From: a virus
Taxonomy: Duplodnaviria; Heunggongvirae; Uroviricota; Caudoviricetes
Length of the DNA: 34,318 bases
Strand: one strand, 5' to 3'
Virus record (IMG/VR): IMGVR_UViG_2534681675_000028
Positions 26,224 to 34,318 of the stretch are shown in pieces. The first letter of the stretch is position 1. Each line of letters begins with the position of its first letter. Below the pieces are notes generated by a model. It made no database searches. It saw nothing but the letters and a program-made list of their open reading frames with translations, and was not told where the DNA came from. A program made the translations under genes and the position numbers.

Positions 26224-27725
26224 TGGCAATTATTGATGATGTGATAGGCGTGTTCTCTCCAGGCTGGAAAGCGACCAGACTGCGTTCAAGGGCGTTAATC
26301 ATGGCCTATGAGGCGGTGAAACCGACCCGGACACATAAAGCCCGGCGTGAAAATCGATCTGCTGATCAACTCAGTAAATATGGCGCGGTTTCCCTGCGGG
26401 AGCAGGCCCGTTTTCTGGATATCAATCATGACCTGGTGATTGGTGTGTTTGACAAGCTTGAAGAGCGGGTGATTGGTGCCAGAGGAATTACTGTGGATCC
26501 TCAGCCATTACGAAAAAACGGGGAAATGGCGGCAGAGCTGGCTGCGGATATCCGCCGGTTGTGGGCTGAATGGTCCGTGAGTCCCGATGTGACAGGGCAG
26601 TATACCCGTCCCGTGCTTGAGCGTTTACTGCTGCGGACCTGGCTGCGGGATGGTGAAGTGTTTGCGCAGATGGTCAGTGGTGCGGGAAACGGTCTGGAAC
26701 GGACGGCGGGAGTGCCATTCTGGCTTGAAGCGATGGAGCCGGATTTTGTTCCTATGCGCAGTGATGAATCCGCCGGGCTGAATCAGGGGGTTTTTCTTGA
26801 TGAGTGGGGCAGACCGAAAAAATATCTGGTTTATAAAAATTATCCGGTCAGTGGTCGGCAGAGTGATACGAAAGAAATCGCCGCCGGAAAAATGATCCAC
26901 CTGAAGTTCACTCGTCGTCTGCATCAGACGCGAGGCTCATCCATGTTATCGGGGGTGCTGATGCGGATCAGTGCCCTTAAGGAGTATGAGGATGCGGAAC
27001 TGACAGCGGCGCGTATTGCTGCGGCGCTGGGACTGTATATCCGTAAAGGTGACGGACAGGACTATGAAGATCCGGGGAGCAAAGAAACCGAGCGGGAAGT
27101 CCATATCACCCCGGGAATTATTTATGACGATTTGCGCAAGGGCGAGGATATCGGCATGGTCAAATCCGATCGTCCCAATCCCAACCTTGAAACTTTCCGC
27201 AACGGCCAGTTGCGTGCAGTGGCAGCTGGCAGTCGTCTGAGCTTTTCCAGTGCGGCGCGTAACTATAACGGCACCTACAGCGCCCAGCGGCAGGAGCTGG
27301 TCGAGTCCACGGATGGTTACCTGATCCTGCAGGACTGTTTTATTGGTGCGGTAACCCGCCCGGTGTACCGGACATGGCTGAATATGGTGGTTGCGGCAGG
27401 TCTGCTGAAAATTCCGGCGGATGTGGAGATGAAGACGCTATATAACGCGACGTATTCCGGTCCGGTGATGCCGTGGATTGACCCGGTTAAGGAGGCTGAA
27501 GCCTGGCGGATACAGATCCGGGGTGGTGCCGCGACGGAATCCGACTGGATCCGCGCAGGCGGGCGCAACCCGGATGAGGTCAAACGTCGCCGTAAGGCGG
27601 AAACTGAGGAAAACCGCAGGCTGGGGCTGGTCTTTGATACTGACCCCGCCAACGACAAAGGAGGCAACAGTGCCGGAACTGAACAACAGCGTCAGCAGGC
27701 CACCGACAGCCAGCATGAAGAATAA
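26223..27725 (+). CDS. Portal protein (lambda gpB family)
   Basis: 500-aa ORF after the W-like gene; start overlaps the W stop (TAATG). Confidence 0.8.
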   Translation: MAIIDDVIGVFSPGWKATRLRSRALIMAYEAVKPTRTHKARRENRSADQLSKYGAVSLREQARFLDINHDLVIGVFDKLEERVIGARGITVDPQPLRKNGEMAAELAADIRRLWAEWSVSPDVTGQYTRPVLERLLLRTWLRDGEVFAQMVSGAGNGLERTAGVPFWLEAMEPDFVPMRSDESAGLNQGVFLDEWGRPKKYLVYKNYPVSGRQSDTKEIAAGKMIHLKFTRRLHQTRGSSMLSGVLMRISALKEYEDAELTAARIAAALGLYIRKGDGQDYEDPGSKETEREVHITPGIIYDDLRKGEDIGMVKSDRPNPNLETFRNGQLRAVAAGSRLSFSSAARNYNGTYSAQRQELVESTDGYLILQDCFIGAVTRPVYRTWLNMVVAAGLLKIPADVEMKTLYNATYSGPVMPWIDPVKEAEAWRIQIRGGAATESDWIRAGGRNPDEVKRRRKAETEENRRLGLVFDTDPANDKGGNSAGTEQQRQQATDSQHEE

Positions 27726-29694
27726 ATCCTGGTTCAGGATGCAGGCGGGTGGTCAGGGTGAGGCGGATATTTATATTTATGACGAGATTGGTTTCTGGGG
27801 CGTCACCGCGAAGCAGTTTGTCAGCGATATGAATGCCCTGGGTGATATCACCCACATTAATCTCCACATCAACTCACCGGGTGGCGATGTCTTTGAAGGC
27901 ATCGCCATTTTTAATGCCCTGAAAAATCACGGTGCGGCCATTACCGTGTATGTGGATGGCGTTGCCGCCTCGATGGCATCCCTGATTGCGATGGCCGGTG
28001 ACACGGTCATTATGCCGGAAAATGCCTTCATGATGATCCATAAACCCTGGGGGATCAGCGGTGGTGATGCGGAGAAAATGCGCACTTATGCCGAACGTCT
28101 GGACAAACTTGAGTCGGTTATGGTGCCGGTATATGCGCAGAAAACCGGAAAAACTACCGATGAAATTGCCGCCATGCTGGCGGATGAGACCTGGATGTCC
28201 GGTGCCGAGTGTCTGGCACACGGATTTGCTGACCAGGTGACGCCAGCCGTTAAGGCAATGGCATGTATTCAGTCAACACGTACAGAGGAATTTAAAAAGA
28301 TGCCGGAATCCATCCGAAATATGATCACGCAGCCACACAACAGTGCCCCGCGTGATACCACAGTGACAATCCCTGCACCGGCGGTAACAGAACCATCACC
28401 GGTACCGGCAGTGTCTGATGAGGCGACCATTCGCGCCCGCGTTATGGCTGAGCAGAAAGCCCGCATGTCAGGCATTAACGATCTGTTTGCCATGTTTGGC
28501 GGGCGCTATCAGGCGCTTCAGGCGCAGTGTGTGGCCGATCCTGACTGTTCGCTGGAAATGGCCCGCGAGCGCCTTCTGAATGAAATGGGCAAGGAGTCCT
28601 CGCCGACCAACAAAAACACACCGGCCCATATTTATGCCGGAAACGGCAATTTTGTGGGAGACGGGATCCGCCAGGCGATGCTGGCCCGTGCCGGATATGA
28701 AAATGTCGAGAAGGATAATGTCTATAACGGGATGACCCTGCGTGAATGGGCTCGCATGTCACTGACCGAGCGTGGTATTGGGGTGGCCAGTTATAACCCC
28801 ATGCAGATGGTCGGGCTGGCGCTGACGCACAGCACCTCTGATTTTGGCAATATTCTGCTGGATGTGTCGAACAAGGGGCTGATCCAGGGCTGGGAGGAAT
28901 CAGAAGAAACCTTCCAGAAGTGGACCCGTAAGGGACGCCTGTCAGACTTCAAAACAGCGTATCGCGTGGGGATGGGCGGTTTTGGTTCTCTGCGTCAGGT
29001 TCGTGAAGGGGCGGAGTATAAATACATCACCACCTCAGATCGCAAGGAGACCATTGCTCTGGCCACTTACGGGGAGATTTTCTCCATCACCCGCCAGGCC
29101 ATTATCAATGATGACCTGAATATGCTGGTTGACGTGCCGATGAAGATGGGGCGTGCGGCGAAGGCAACGATTGGTGACCTGGTTTACAAGGTGCTGACGG
29201 ATAACCCGAAACTGTCAGACGGTAAGGCGCTGTTCCATGCCGATCACAAAAATATTGCCACCGGCGGGATCTCCGTTTCCGGGCTGGATGCGGCCCGTCA
29301 GATGATGCGCCTGCAGAAAGAAGGCGATCGCGCCCTGAATATCCGTCCGGCCTTTATGCTGGTGCCGGTGTCACTGGAGACGGTGGCGAACCAGACCATC
29401 AAATCGGCCAGTGTGAAAGGGGCGGATGCAAACGCCGGTGTCATTAACCCGATCCAGAACTTTGCCGAAGTAATTGCGGAAGCGCGTCTTGATGCGGCAG
29501 ATCCGAAAACCTGGTACCTGGCTGCGGCACAGGGCACCGACACCATTGAAGTGGCCTGGCTCGATGGTGTGGACACCCCCTACATTGACCAGCAGGAAGG
29601 TTTCACCACTGACGGTATCGCCACAAAAATCCGTATTGATGCCGGTGTGGCACCACTTGACTGGCGCGGGCTGGTGCGTTCGTCGGTGGCCTGA
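27670..29694 (+). CDS. Prohead protease (ClpP/S14-like) fused to scaffold and major capsid protein
   Basis: GTG start with AGGAGG Shine-Dalgarno; N-terminal ClpP-like region (INSPGGDV…GVAASMASLIAMAGD…MMIHKP); long C-terminal region in the capsid position. Confidence 0.7.
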   Translation: MPELNNSVSRPPTASMKNKSWFRMQAGGQGEADIYIYDEIGFWGVTAKQFVSDMNALGDITHINLHINSPGGDVFEGIAIFNALKNHGAAITVYVDGVAASMASLIAMAGDTVIMPENAFMMIHKPWGISGGDAEKMRTYAERLDKLESVMVPVYAQKTGKTTDEIAAMLADETWMSGAECLAHGFADQVTPAVKAMACIQSTRTEEFKKMPESIRNMITQPHNSAPRDTTVTIPAPAVTEPSPVPAVSDEATIRARVMAEQKARMSGINDLFAMFGGRYQALQAQCVADPDCSLEMARERLLNEMGKESSPTNKNTPAHIYAGNGNFVGDGIRQAMLARAGYENVEKDNVYNGMTLREWARMSLTERGIGVASYNPMQMVGLALTHSTSDFGNILLDVSNKGLIQGWEESEETFQKWTRKGRLSDFKTAYRVGMGGFGSLRQVREGAEYKYITTSDRKETIALATYGEIFSITRQAIINDDLNMLVDVPMKMGRAAKATIGDLVYKVLTDNPKLSDGKALFHADHKNIATGGISVSGLDAARQMMRLQKEGDRALNIRPAFMLVPVSLETVANQTIKSASVKGADANAGVINPIQNFAEVIAEARLDAADPKTWYLAAAQGTDTIEVAWLDGVDTPYIDQQEGFTTDGIATKIRIDAGVAPLDWRGLVRSSVA

Positions 29695-29716
29695 TAACCG
29701 CGTTATCACAATCACT

Positions 29717-29737
29717 GCCCGAAAGGGCTTTTTTTAT
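29717..29737 (+). terminator. Rho-independent terminator after the capsid gene
   Basis: GCCC-GAAA-GGGC hairpin followed by a T7 run. Confidence 0.55.
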
Positions 29738-29780
29738 GCCTGAAAACAGCCCCCCGGGGGCTGTCCGGAGAGACAGCATT

Positions 29781-30107
29781 ATGGCTAAAAATTTTGTACA
29801 GGACGGCACCACCATTGAGCTGGTGAATGCCGGGGATCAGACCATTCTGAGCGGTGCCGCTGTGGTGGTTGGCAGCATGGTGGCAGTGACCATTACCGAT
29901 ATTCCTGCCGGGAAGACTGGTGACGGGTTCGCCGAAGGCGTGTTCCTGCTGCCCAAACAGTCTGCCGACGATATTCAGGCCGGTGTGGCGGTTTATCTGA
30001 AGGACGGGACTGTGCAGCCTGCCGCAGACGGTGCAGTGGCGGCGGGAATGGCATGGGAGCATGCGCCGTCAGGCACCACCACGGTGGCGGTTAAAATCAA
30101 TGCCTGA
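29781..30107 (+). CDS. Small head protein, possibly decoration/DUF2190-like
   Basis: ORF 29736-30107 trimmed to the ATG at 29781 (GGAGAG Shine-Dalgarno); Gly/Ala/Val-rich beta-type sequence; position after the capsid gene. Confidence 0.45.
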   Translation: MAKNFVQDGTTIELVNAGDQTILSGAAVVVGSMVAVTITDIPAGKTGDGFAEGVFLLPKQSADDIQAGVAVYLKDGTVQPAADGAVAAGMAWEHAPSGTTTVAVKINA

Positions 30108-30381
30108 TCTGTTTGCGCGAATGTGCAGCCGGATGGACCTGGCGACCGTACGCATGATGGGGAAAACGGCGGAGATTAACGGCGTAGTGTATGACGTGAT
30201 ACCGGAGTATGAGTCTGCGGATATGGGGGCGCTTTCCGGCAGTCAGTTGTCACTGGTGGTGTTTTCAGCGCAGTACCGGCCGGCCCGCGATGATGTGGTT
30301 GTGTTTGACGGTCGCTCACTGGTGGTGACCCGTTATGACACGTACAACGGTAATCCCCGGATTTTTGTCGAACAGGAATAA
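30100..30381 (+). CDS. Head-tail connector/head completion protein (gpFII-like)
   Basis: Start overlaps the upstream stop (ATGCCTGA); size and position as lambda FII; weak resemblance by eye. Confidence 0.45.
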   Translation: MPDLFARMCSRMDLATVRMMGKTAEINGVVYDVIPEYESADMGALSGSQLSLVVFSAQYRPARDDVVVFDGRSLVVTRYDTYNGNPRIFVEQE

Positions 30382-30383
30382 GT

Positions 30384-31007
30384 ATGGCGATAAAAGGTCT
30401 GGCGCAGGCCATGAAAAATCTGGATGCGATTAACCGCCGTGCCGTTCCCCGGGCTGCCGCCACGACGCTTAACCGTGTGGCGGAGTCCATCATCGCGAAA
30501 ACGGCCTCTTCGGTTGCCCGGGAGCTGGCGGTCCCACACCGTCTCATCCGTGAGCGTATCCGCCTGCAACGGGCCAGCGCAGACAGGGTTTATGCGAAGG
30601 TCATCATCAACACCGGTAATCTGCCCGCCATAAAACTGGGGACGGCCAGCGTGCGGCTTTCCCGCAGAAAGCGGCGAAAGAAAGGTGAGCGTTCGGTCAC
30701 GAAAGGCGGTAGCAGTGTGCTGATTGTCGGGAAACGACGGATCCCGAATGCTTTTATTACCCGGCTGGAAAATGGCCGGTGGCATGTGATGCAGCGTATG
30801 CCGTGGGCATCATCGTCCACCGGTGCGGACAGCAAAGGGAGGACGAAACGCCACCGTCTGCCGATCGAAGTGGTGAAGATTCCGACTGCCGGACCGCTGG
30901 CAGAAACCTTTGAACGTGAACGGGACCGGATGTACCGGGAAAAATTACCGGTGCAGATGATGAAAGCCATGACGCATCAGTTACGCCTGGTGCTGAAAAG
31001 AAAATGA
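30384..31007 (+). CDS. Minor tail protein Z-like
   Basis: 207-aa ORF immediately upstream of the U-like gene, as in lambda. Confidence 0.6.
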   Translation: MAIKGLAQAMKNLDAINRRAVPRAAATTLNRVAESIIAKTASSVARELAVPHRLIRERIRLQRASADRVYAKVIINTGNLPAIKLGTASVRLSRRKRRKKGERSVTKGGSSVLIVGKRRIPNAFITRLENGRWHVMQRMPWASSSTGADSKGRTKRHRLPIEVVKIPTAGPLAETFERERDRMYREKLPVQMMKAMTHQLRLVLKRK

Positions 31008-31019
31008 CAGGGAGGGTGT

Positions 31020-31418
31020 ATGAAACACCGTGAAATACGGGCGGCAGTTCTGTCTGCCCTGAAAGAAAATATTTCTGAGCGGGTGAGCTGGTTTGACGGC
31101 CGCCCGGTTTTTATTGATGAACAGGAACTACCTGCTGTTGCTGTTTACCTGACTGATGCGTCTGCTGCTGACGAGTTCGTTGATGAGGGGACCTGGGAGG
31201 CGACACTGCATATTGAAGTTTTTCTCAGGGCAAAAGAACCGGACTCGGCACTGGATATGTGGATGGAAGAGAAAATCCTTCCTGCGCTGGAGGCGGTTCC
31301 CGGCCTCAGTGCGTTACTGCTGAAGATGAATCTTCAGGGGTATGACTACCGCCGGGATGATGAGTTTATGATGTGGGGATCGGCAGATCTCCTGTGGAAA
31401 ATTACCTACGAGATGTGA
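31020..31418 (+). CDS. U: Tail terminator protein U
   Basis: [14 protein letters not shown]…PAVAVYLT…LHIEVFL…GYDYRRDD…ITYEM closely parallels lambda gpU. Confidence 0.9.
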   Translation: MKHREIRAAVLSALKENISERVSWFDGRPVFIDEQELPAVAVYLTDASAADEFVDEGTWEATLHIEVFLRAKEPDSALDMWMEEKILPALEAVPGLSALLLKMNLQGYDYRRDDEFMMWGSADLLWKITYEM

Positions 31419-31425
31419 GGACGAT

Positions 31426-32175
31426 ATGGCAATACCAAATCCTCTTGAGCCGGTGAAAGGTTCCGGCACCACACTATGGGTGTACACCGGCACTGGTGAT
31501 GCTTATGCAAACCCGCTGTCAGACGATGAGTGGACGCGCCTGGCAAAAATAAAGGATCTGACACCCGGCGAGATGACGGCAGAATCCTACGATGATAACT
31601 ATCTGGATGATGATGATGCGGACTGGGTATCCACCGGGCAGGGGCAGAAATCAGCAGGGGATACCAGTTTTACGCTGGCCTGGAAGCCCGGCGAGAAAGG
31701 GCAGCGCGATTTGATCGCCTGGTTTGACAGCAGTGAGAGCCGAGCCTACAAAATCCGTTTCCCGAACGGCACGGTGGATGTGTTCCGTGGCTGGGTGAGC
31801 GCCATTGGTAAAGCGGTGACCGCCAAAGAGGTGATCACCCGTACCGTGAAGATCACCAATATCGGCCGTCCGTCGCTGGCGGAAGATCAGGGGGACATCA
31901 CGCCGGTCACCGGTATTACCGTGACGCCATCAACGGGCAATGTGGCAAAAGGTCAGAATATCACCCTGACTGTGGCCGTTCAGCCGGAAGGGGCGACGGA
32001 TAAAACCTTCCGCGCCACGTCAGCGAATCAGAATTTCGCCACCATTACCGTGAAAGGGAACACGATCACGGTGAAAGGTGTTGCGGCCGGTAAAGCGCAG
32101 ATCCCTGTGGTGACCGGAAATGGTCAGTTTGCGGCAGTGGCAGAAATTACCGTCACGGATGGTGTTGCGGGTTAA
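31426..32175 (+). CDS. V: Major tail protein V with C-terminal Ig-like domain
   Basis: [25 protein letters not shown]…[17 protein letters not shown]…AAVAEITVT closely parallels lambda gpV. Confidence 0.9.
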   Translation: MAIPNPLEPVKGSGTTLWVYTGTGDAYANPLSDDEWTRLAKIKDLTPGEMTAESYDDNYLDDDDADWVSTGQGQKSAGDTSFTLAWKPGEKGQRDLIAWFDSSESRAYKIRFPNGTVDVFRGWVSAIGKAVTAKEVITRTVKITNIGRPSLAEDQGDITPVTGITVTPSTGNVAKGQNITLTVAVQPEGATDKTFRATSANQNFATITVKGNTITVKGVAAGKAQIPVVTGNGQFAAVAEITVTDGVAG

Positions 32176-32195
32176 GCTGAGGGAGTGATAAAAGC

Positions 32196-32627
32196 ATGTT
32201 TCTGAAAACAGAACAATTTGAATATAACGGCGTGTCCGTCACCCTTTCCGAACTGTCTGCGCTGCAGCGTATTGAGCATCTTGCCCTCCTGAAACGGCGG
32301 GCAGAAGAGGCTGAAGCCAGCGGCAACCTGCAGGTGAGCGTGGAAGACCTTGTCAGAACCGGGGCGTTTCTGGTGGCGATGTCCCTGTGGCATAACCATC
32401 CACAGAAAACGGAGTCACCGTCAATGAATGAGGCTGTGATGCAGATTGAGCAGGAAGTCCTGACCACCTGGCCTGCTGATGCCATTGCCCGGGCGGAAGA
32501 CGTGGTGTTGCGTCTGTCCGGGATGAGTGAGCCTGTTCATGTGGATACGGATATCACCGAAGTGGCGAAAAATAATGCGCTTACTGATGATGATTTTTCT
32601 GCGGGAAAGTCTTCGACGGCGAGCTGA
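32196..32627 (+). CDS. G: Tail assembly chaperone G
   Basis: MFLKTEQFEYNGVSVTLSELSALQRIEHLAL… closely parallels lambda gpG. Confidence 0.9.
   Translation: MFLKTEQFEYNGVSVTLSELSALQRIEHLALLKRRAEEAEASGNLQVSVEDLVRTGAFLVAMSLWHNHPQKTESPSMNEAVMQIEQEVLTTWPADAIARAEDVVLRLSGMSEPVHVDTDITEVAKNNALTDDDFSAGKSSTAS
32603..32609 (+). other. Programmed -1 ribosomal frameshift slippery heptamer GGGAAAG (G to GT)
   Basis: gcG GGA AAG lies in the G frame 18 nt before the G stop; the -1 frame continues as VFDGELNFALRLAREMGRPDWR…, lambda T-like. Confidence 0.85.
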
Positions 32628-33058
32628 ATTTTGCCCTCAGACTGGCGCGTGAGATGGGGAGGCCTGACTGGCGCACCATGCTTGCCGGGATGACATCCAC
32701 CGAATATGCCGACTGGCACCGTTTTTACCGCACGCATTATTTTCAGGATACCCAGCTGGATATGCATTTTTCCGGGCTGATGTACGCCGTACTCAGCCTG
32801 TTTTTTTGCGATCCGGATATGCATCCGGCGGATTTCAGTCTGCTTGCACCCCGACGTGATGATGAGCAGACGGAGATGCCGGATGAGGACGATATGCTGA
32901 TGCGGAAAGCGGCAGGACTTTCTGGTGGTGTCCGCTTTGGGGCTGACGGGAAGGAAATCGTTACGGTCAGTGATGACATGCGGAGCAGTACAGAGGATGA
33001 AGCCATGCTGATGATGGTGTCTGAGGGAATTCCAGGAGGTGTACGCTATGGCGGGTAA
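32610..33058 (+). CDS. T: T portion of the G-T frameshift fusion tail assembly chaperone
   Basis: -1 frame open from the slippery site to the stop at 33056-33058; sequence parallels lambda gpT. Confidence 0.85.
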
Positions 33059-34318
33059 TTTTGCCGATCTGACAGCTGTTCTTACACTGGATTCAACCCG
33101 TTTTTCTGAAGAGGCTGCACGGGTAAAGAAAGAACTGGGTGAAACCAGTGACCTTGCGGATTTGATGGCCGGGCGTGTCAGCCAGTCTTTTAAGAAACAG
33201 GCCACTGCCGTTGAACAGGGCCTGAGCCGTCAGGCGCTGGCTGCACAAAAAGCCGGGATTTCCGTCGGGCAGTATAAAGCGGCCATGCGTACCCTGCCAG
33301 CACAGTTTACGGATATCGCCACGCAGCTTGCCGGTGGTCAGAATCCCTGGCTTATTCTGCTGCAACAGGGCGGTCAGGTGAAGGACGCCTTCGGCGGGAT
33401 GCTCCCCATGTTCAGGGGGCTTGCCGGTGCGATCACCCTGCCGATGGTCGGGGTCACCTCGCTGGCGGTGGCGACAGGTGCGCTGGCGTATGCCTGGTAC
33501 CAGGGGGATTCCACGCTTTCAGCGTTTAATAAAACCCTGGTTCTTTCCGGTAATCAGTCCGGACTGGCTGCCGATCGCATGCTGACGCTCTCCAGAGCCG
33601 GACAGGCAGCAGGGCTGACGTTTAACCAGGCGAGTGAGTCACTGGCAGCCCTGGTGAATGCCGGTGTGCGTGGTGGTGAACAGTTTGATGCCATCAACCA
33701 GAGTGTGGCGCGTTTTGCTTCTGTATCCGGTGTGGAAGTGGACAAGGTTGCAGAGGCTTTGGAAAGCTGACCACCGACCCGACGTCGGGACTGATGGCTA
33801 TGGCGCGCCAGTTCCGTAACGTGACGGCAGAGCAGATTGCGTATGTTGCGCAGCTGCAGCGTTCGGGTGATGAGGCAGGGGCCTTACAGGCGGCGAACGA
33901 TATCGCCACAAAAGGCTTTGATGAGCAGACCCGTCGCCTGAAAGAAAACATGGGGACGCTGGAAACCTGGGCGGATAAAACCGGGAAGGCATTCAAATTG
34001 ATGTGGGATGCCATCCTGGATATCGGTCGTCCTGAATCCTCAGCGGATATGCTCGCCAGTGCGCAGAAGGCATTTGATGAGGCGGATAAAAAATGGCAGT
34101 GGTACCAGAGCCGGAGTCAGCGCCGGGGAAAGACCTCCTCTTTCCGTGCCAACCTTCAGGGTGCATGGGATGACCGTGAAAATGCCCGTCTGGGGCTGGC
34201 GGCAGCCACGCTGCAGTCGGATATGGAAAAAGCCGGTGAACTGGTGGCAAGGGACCGGGCTGAGCGTGAGGCGTCACAGCTGAAGTATACCGGAGAGGCG
34301 CAGAAGGCGTATGAGCGC
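33048..34318 (+). CDS. H: Tail tape measure protein (lambda gpH-like), with an apparent 1-nt deletion at 33759; runs off the window
   Basis: ATG 33048 with AGGAGG Shine-Dalgarno; …QALAAQKAGISVGQYKAAMRTLPAQFTDIATQLAGGQNPWLILLQQGG… parallels lambda H; frame breaks at GCTTTGG, then continues in the +1 frame (LTTDPTSGLMAMARQF…) to the window end. Confidence 0.8.

Noticed and set aside
24058-29715. Minus-strand ORFs within the terminase, portal and capsid genes (for example 25241-25813, 25816-26229, 29371-29715)
   Set aside because: They are antisense to conserved structural genes in GC-rich DNA where long chance ORFs are expected
33756-33762. Tape measure frame break as a programmed frameshift
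   Set aside because: The known programmed frameshift in this module is the G/T slippery site at 32603-32609; the H break is a missing base relative to lambda H with no slippery heptamer

Overview
This window is a lambdoid prophage (a mosaic of Rac-like, phage-21-like and lambda-like modules) from an Escherichia-type genome, read from its integrase end into the tail genes. It opens inside an IS2 copy that has inserted into a decayed J/lom phage end, followed by a 60-nt tRNA-Ser 3' fragment (att core) with its terminator, then int and a possible xis. Next come a leftward early operon (large DEDDh exonuclease plus small ORFs), an immunity region (HTH repressor with no peptidase domain, Cro-like and CII-like genes), an O-like replication initiator with internal iterons, and a nin-like region holding an AT-rich three-ORF cassette and a hok/mok toxin. 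After DUF968, RusA and a phage-21-type Q, a late-promoter cargo slot carries a CPBP intramembrane protease, a frameshifted DNA methyltransferase, tRNA-Thr and tRNA-Gly, an unknown protein and a TerB-like pair. The window ends with a phage-21-type lysis cassette, terminase, portal, protease-capsid fusion and lambda-like Z-U-V-G/GT-H tail genes; the tape measure gene runs off the window. The best candidate for an undescribed system is the AT-rich cassette at 13451-14912. Several genes carry frame disruptions at homopolymer runs, which could be decay or sequencing error. All calls rest on reading the sequence and ORF track and on recalled protein families; no searches were run.
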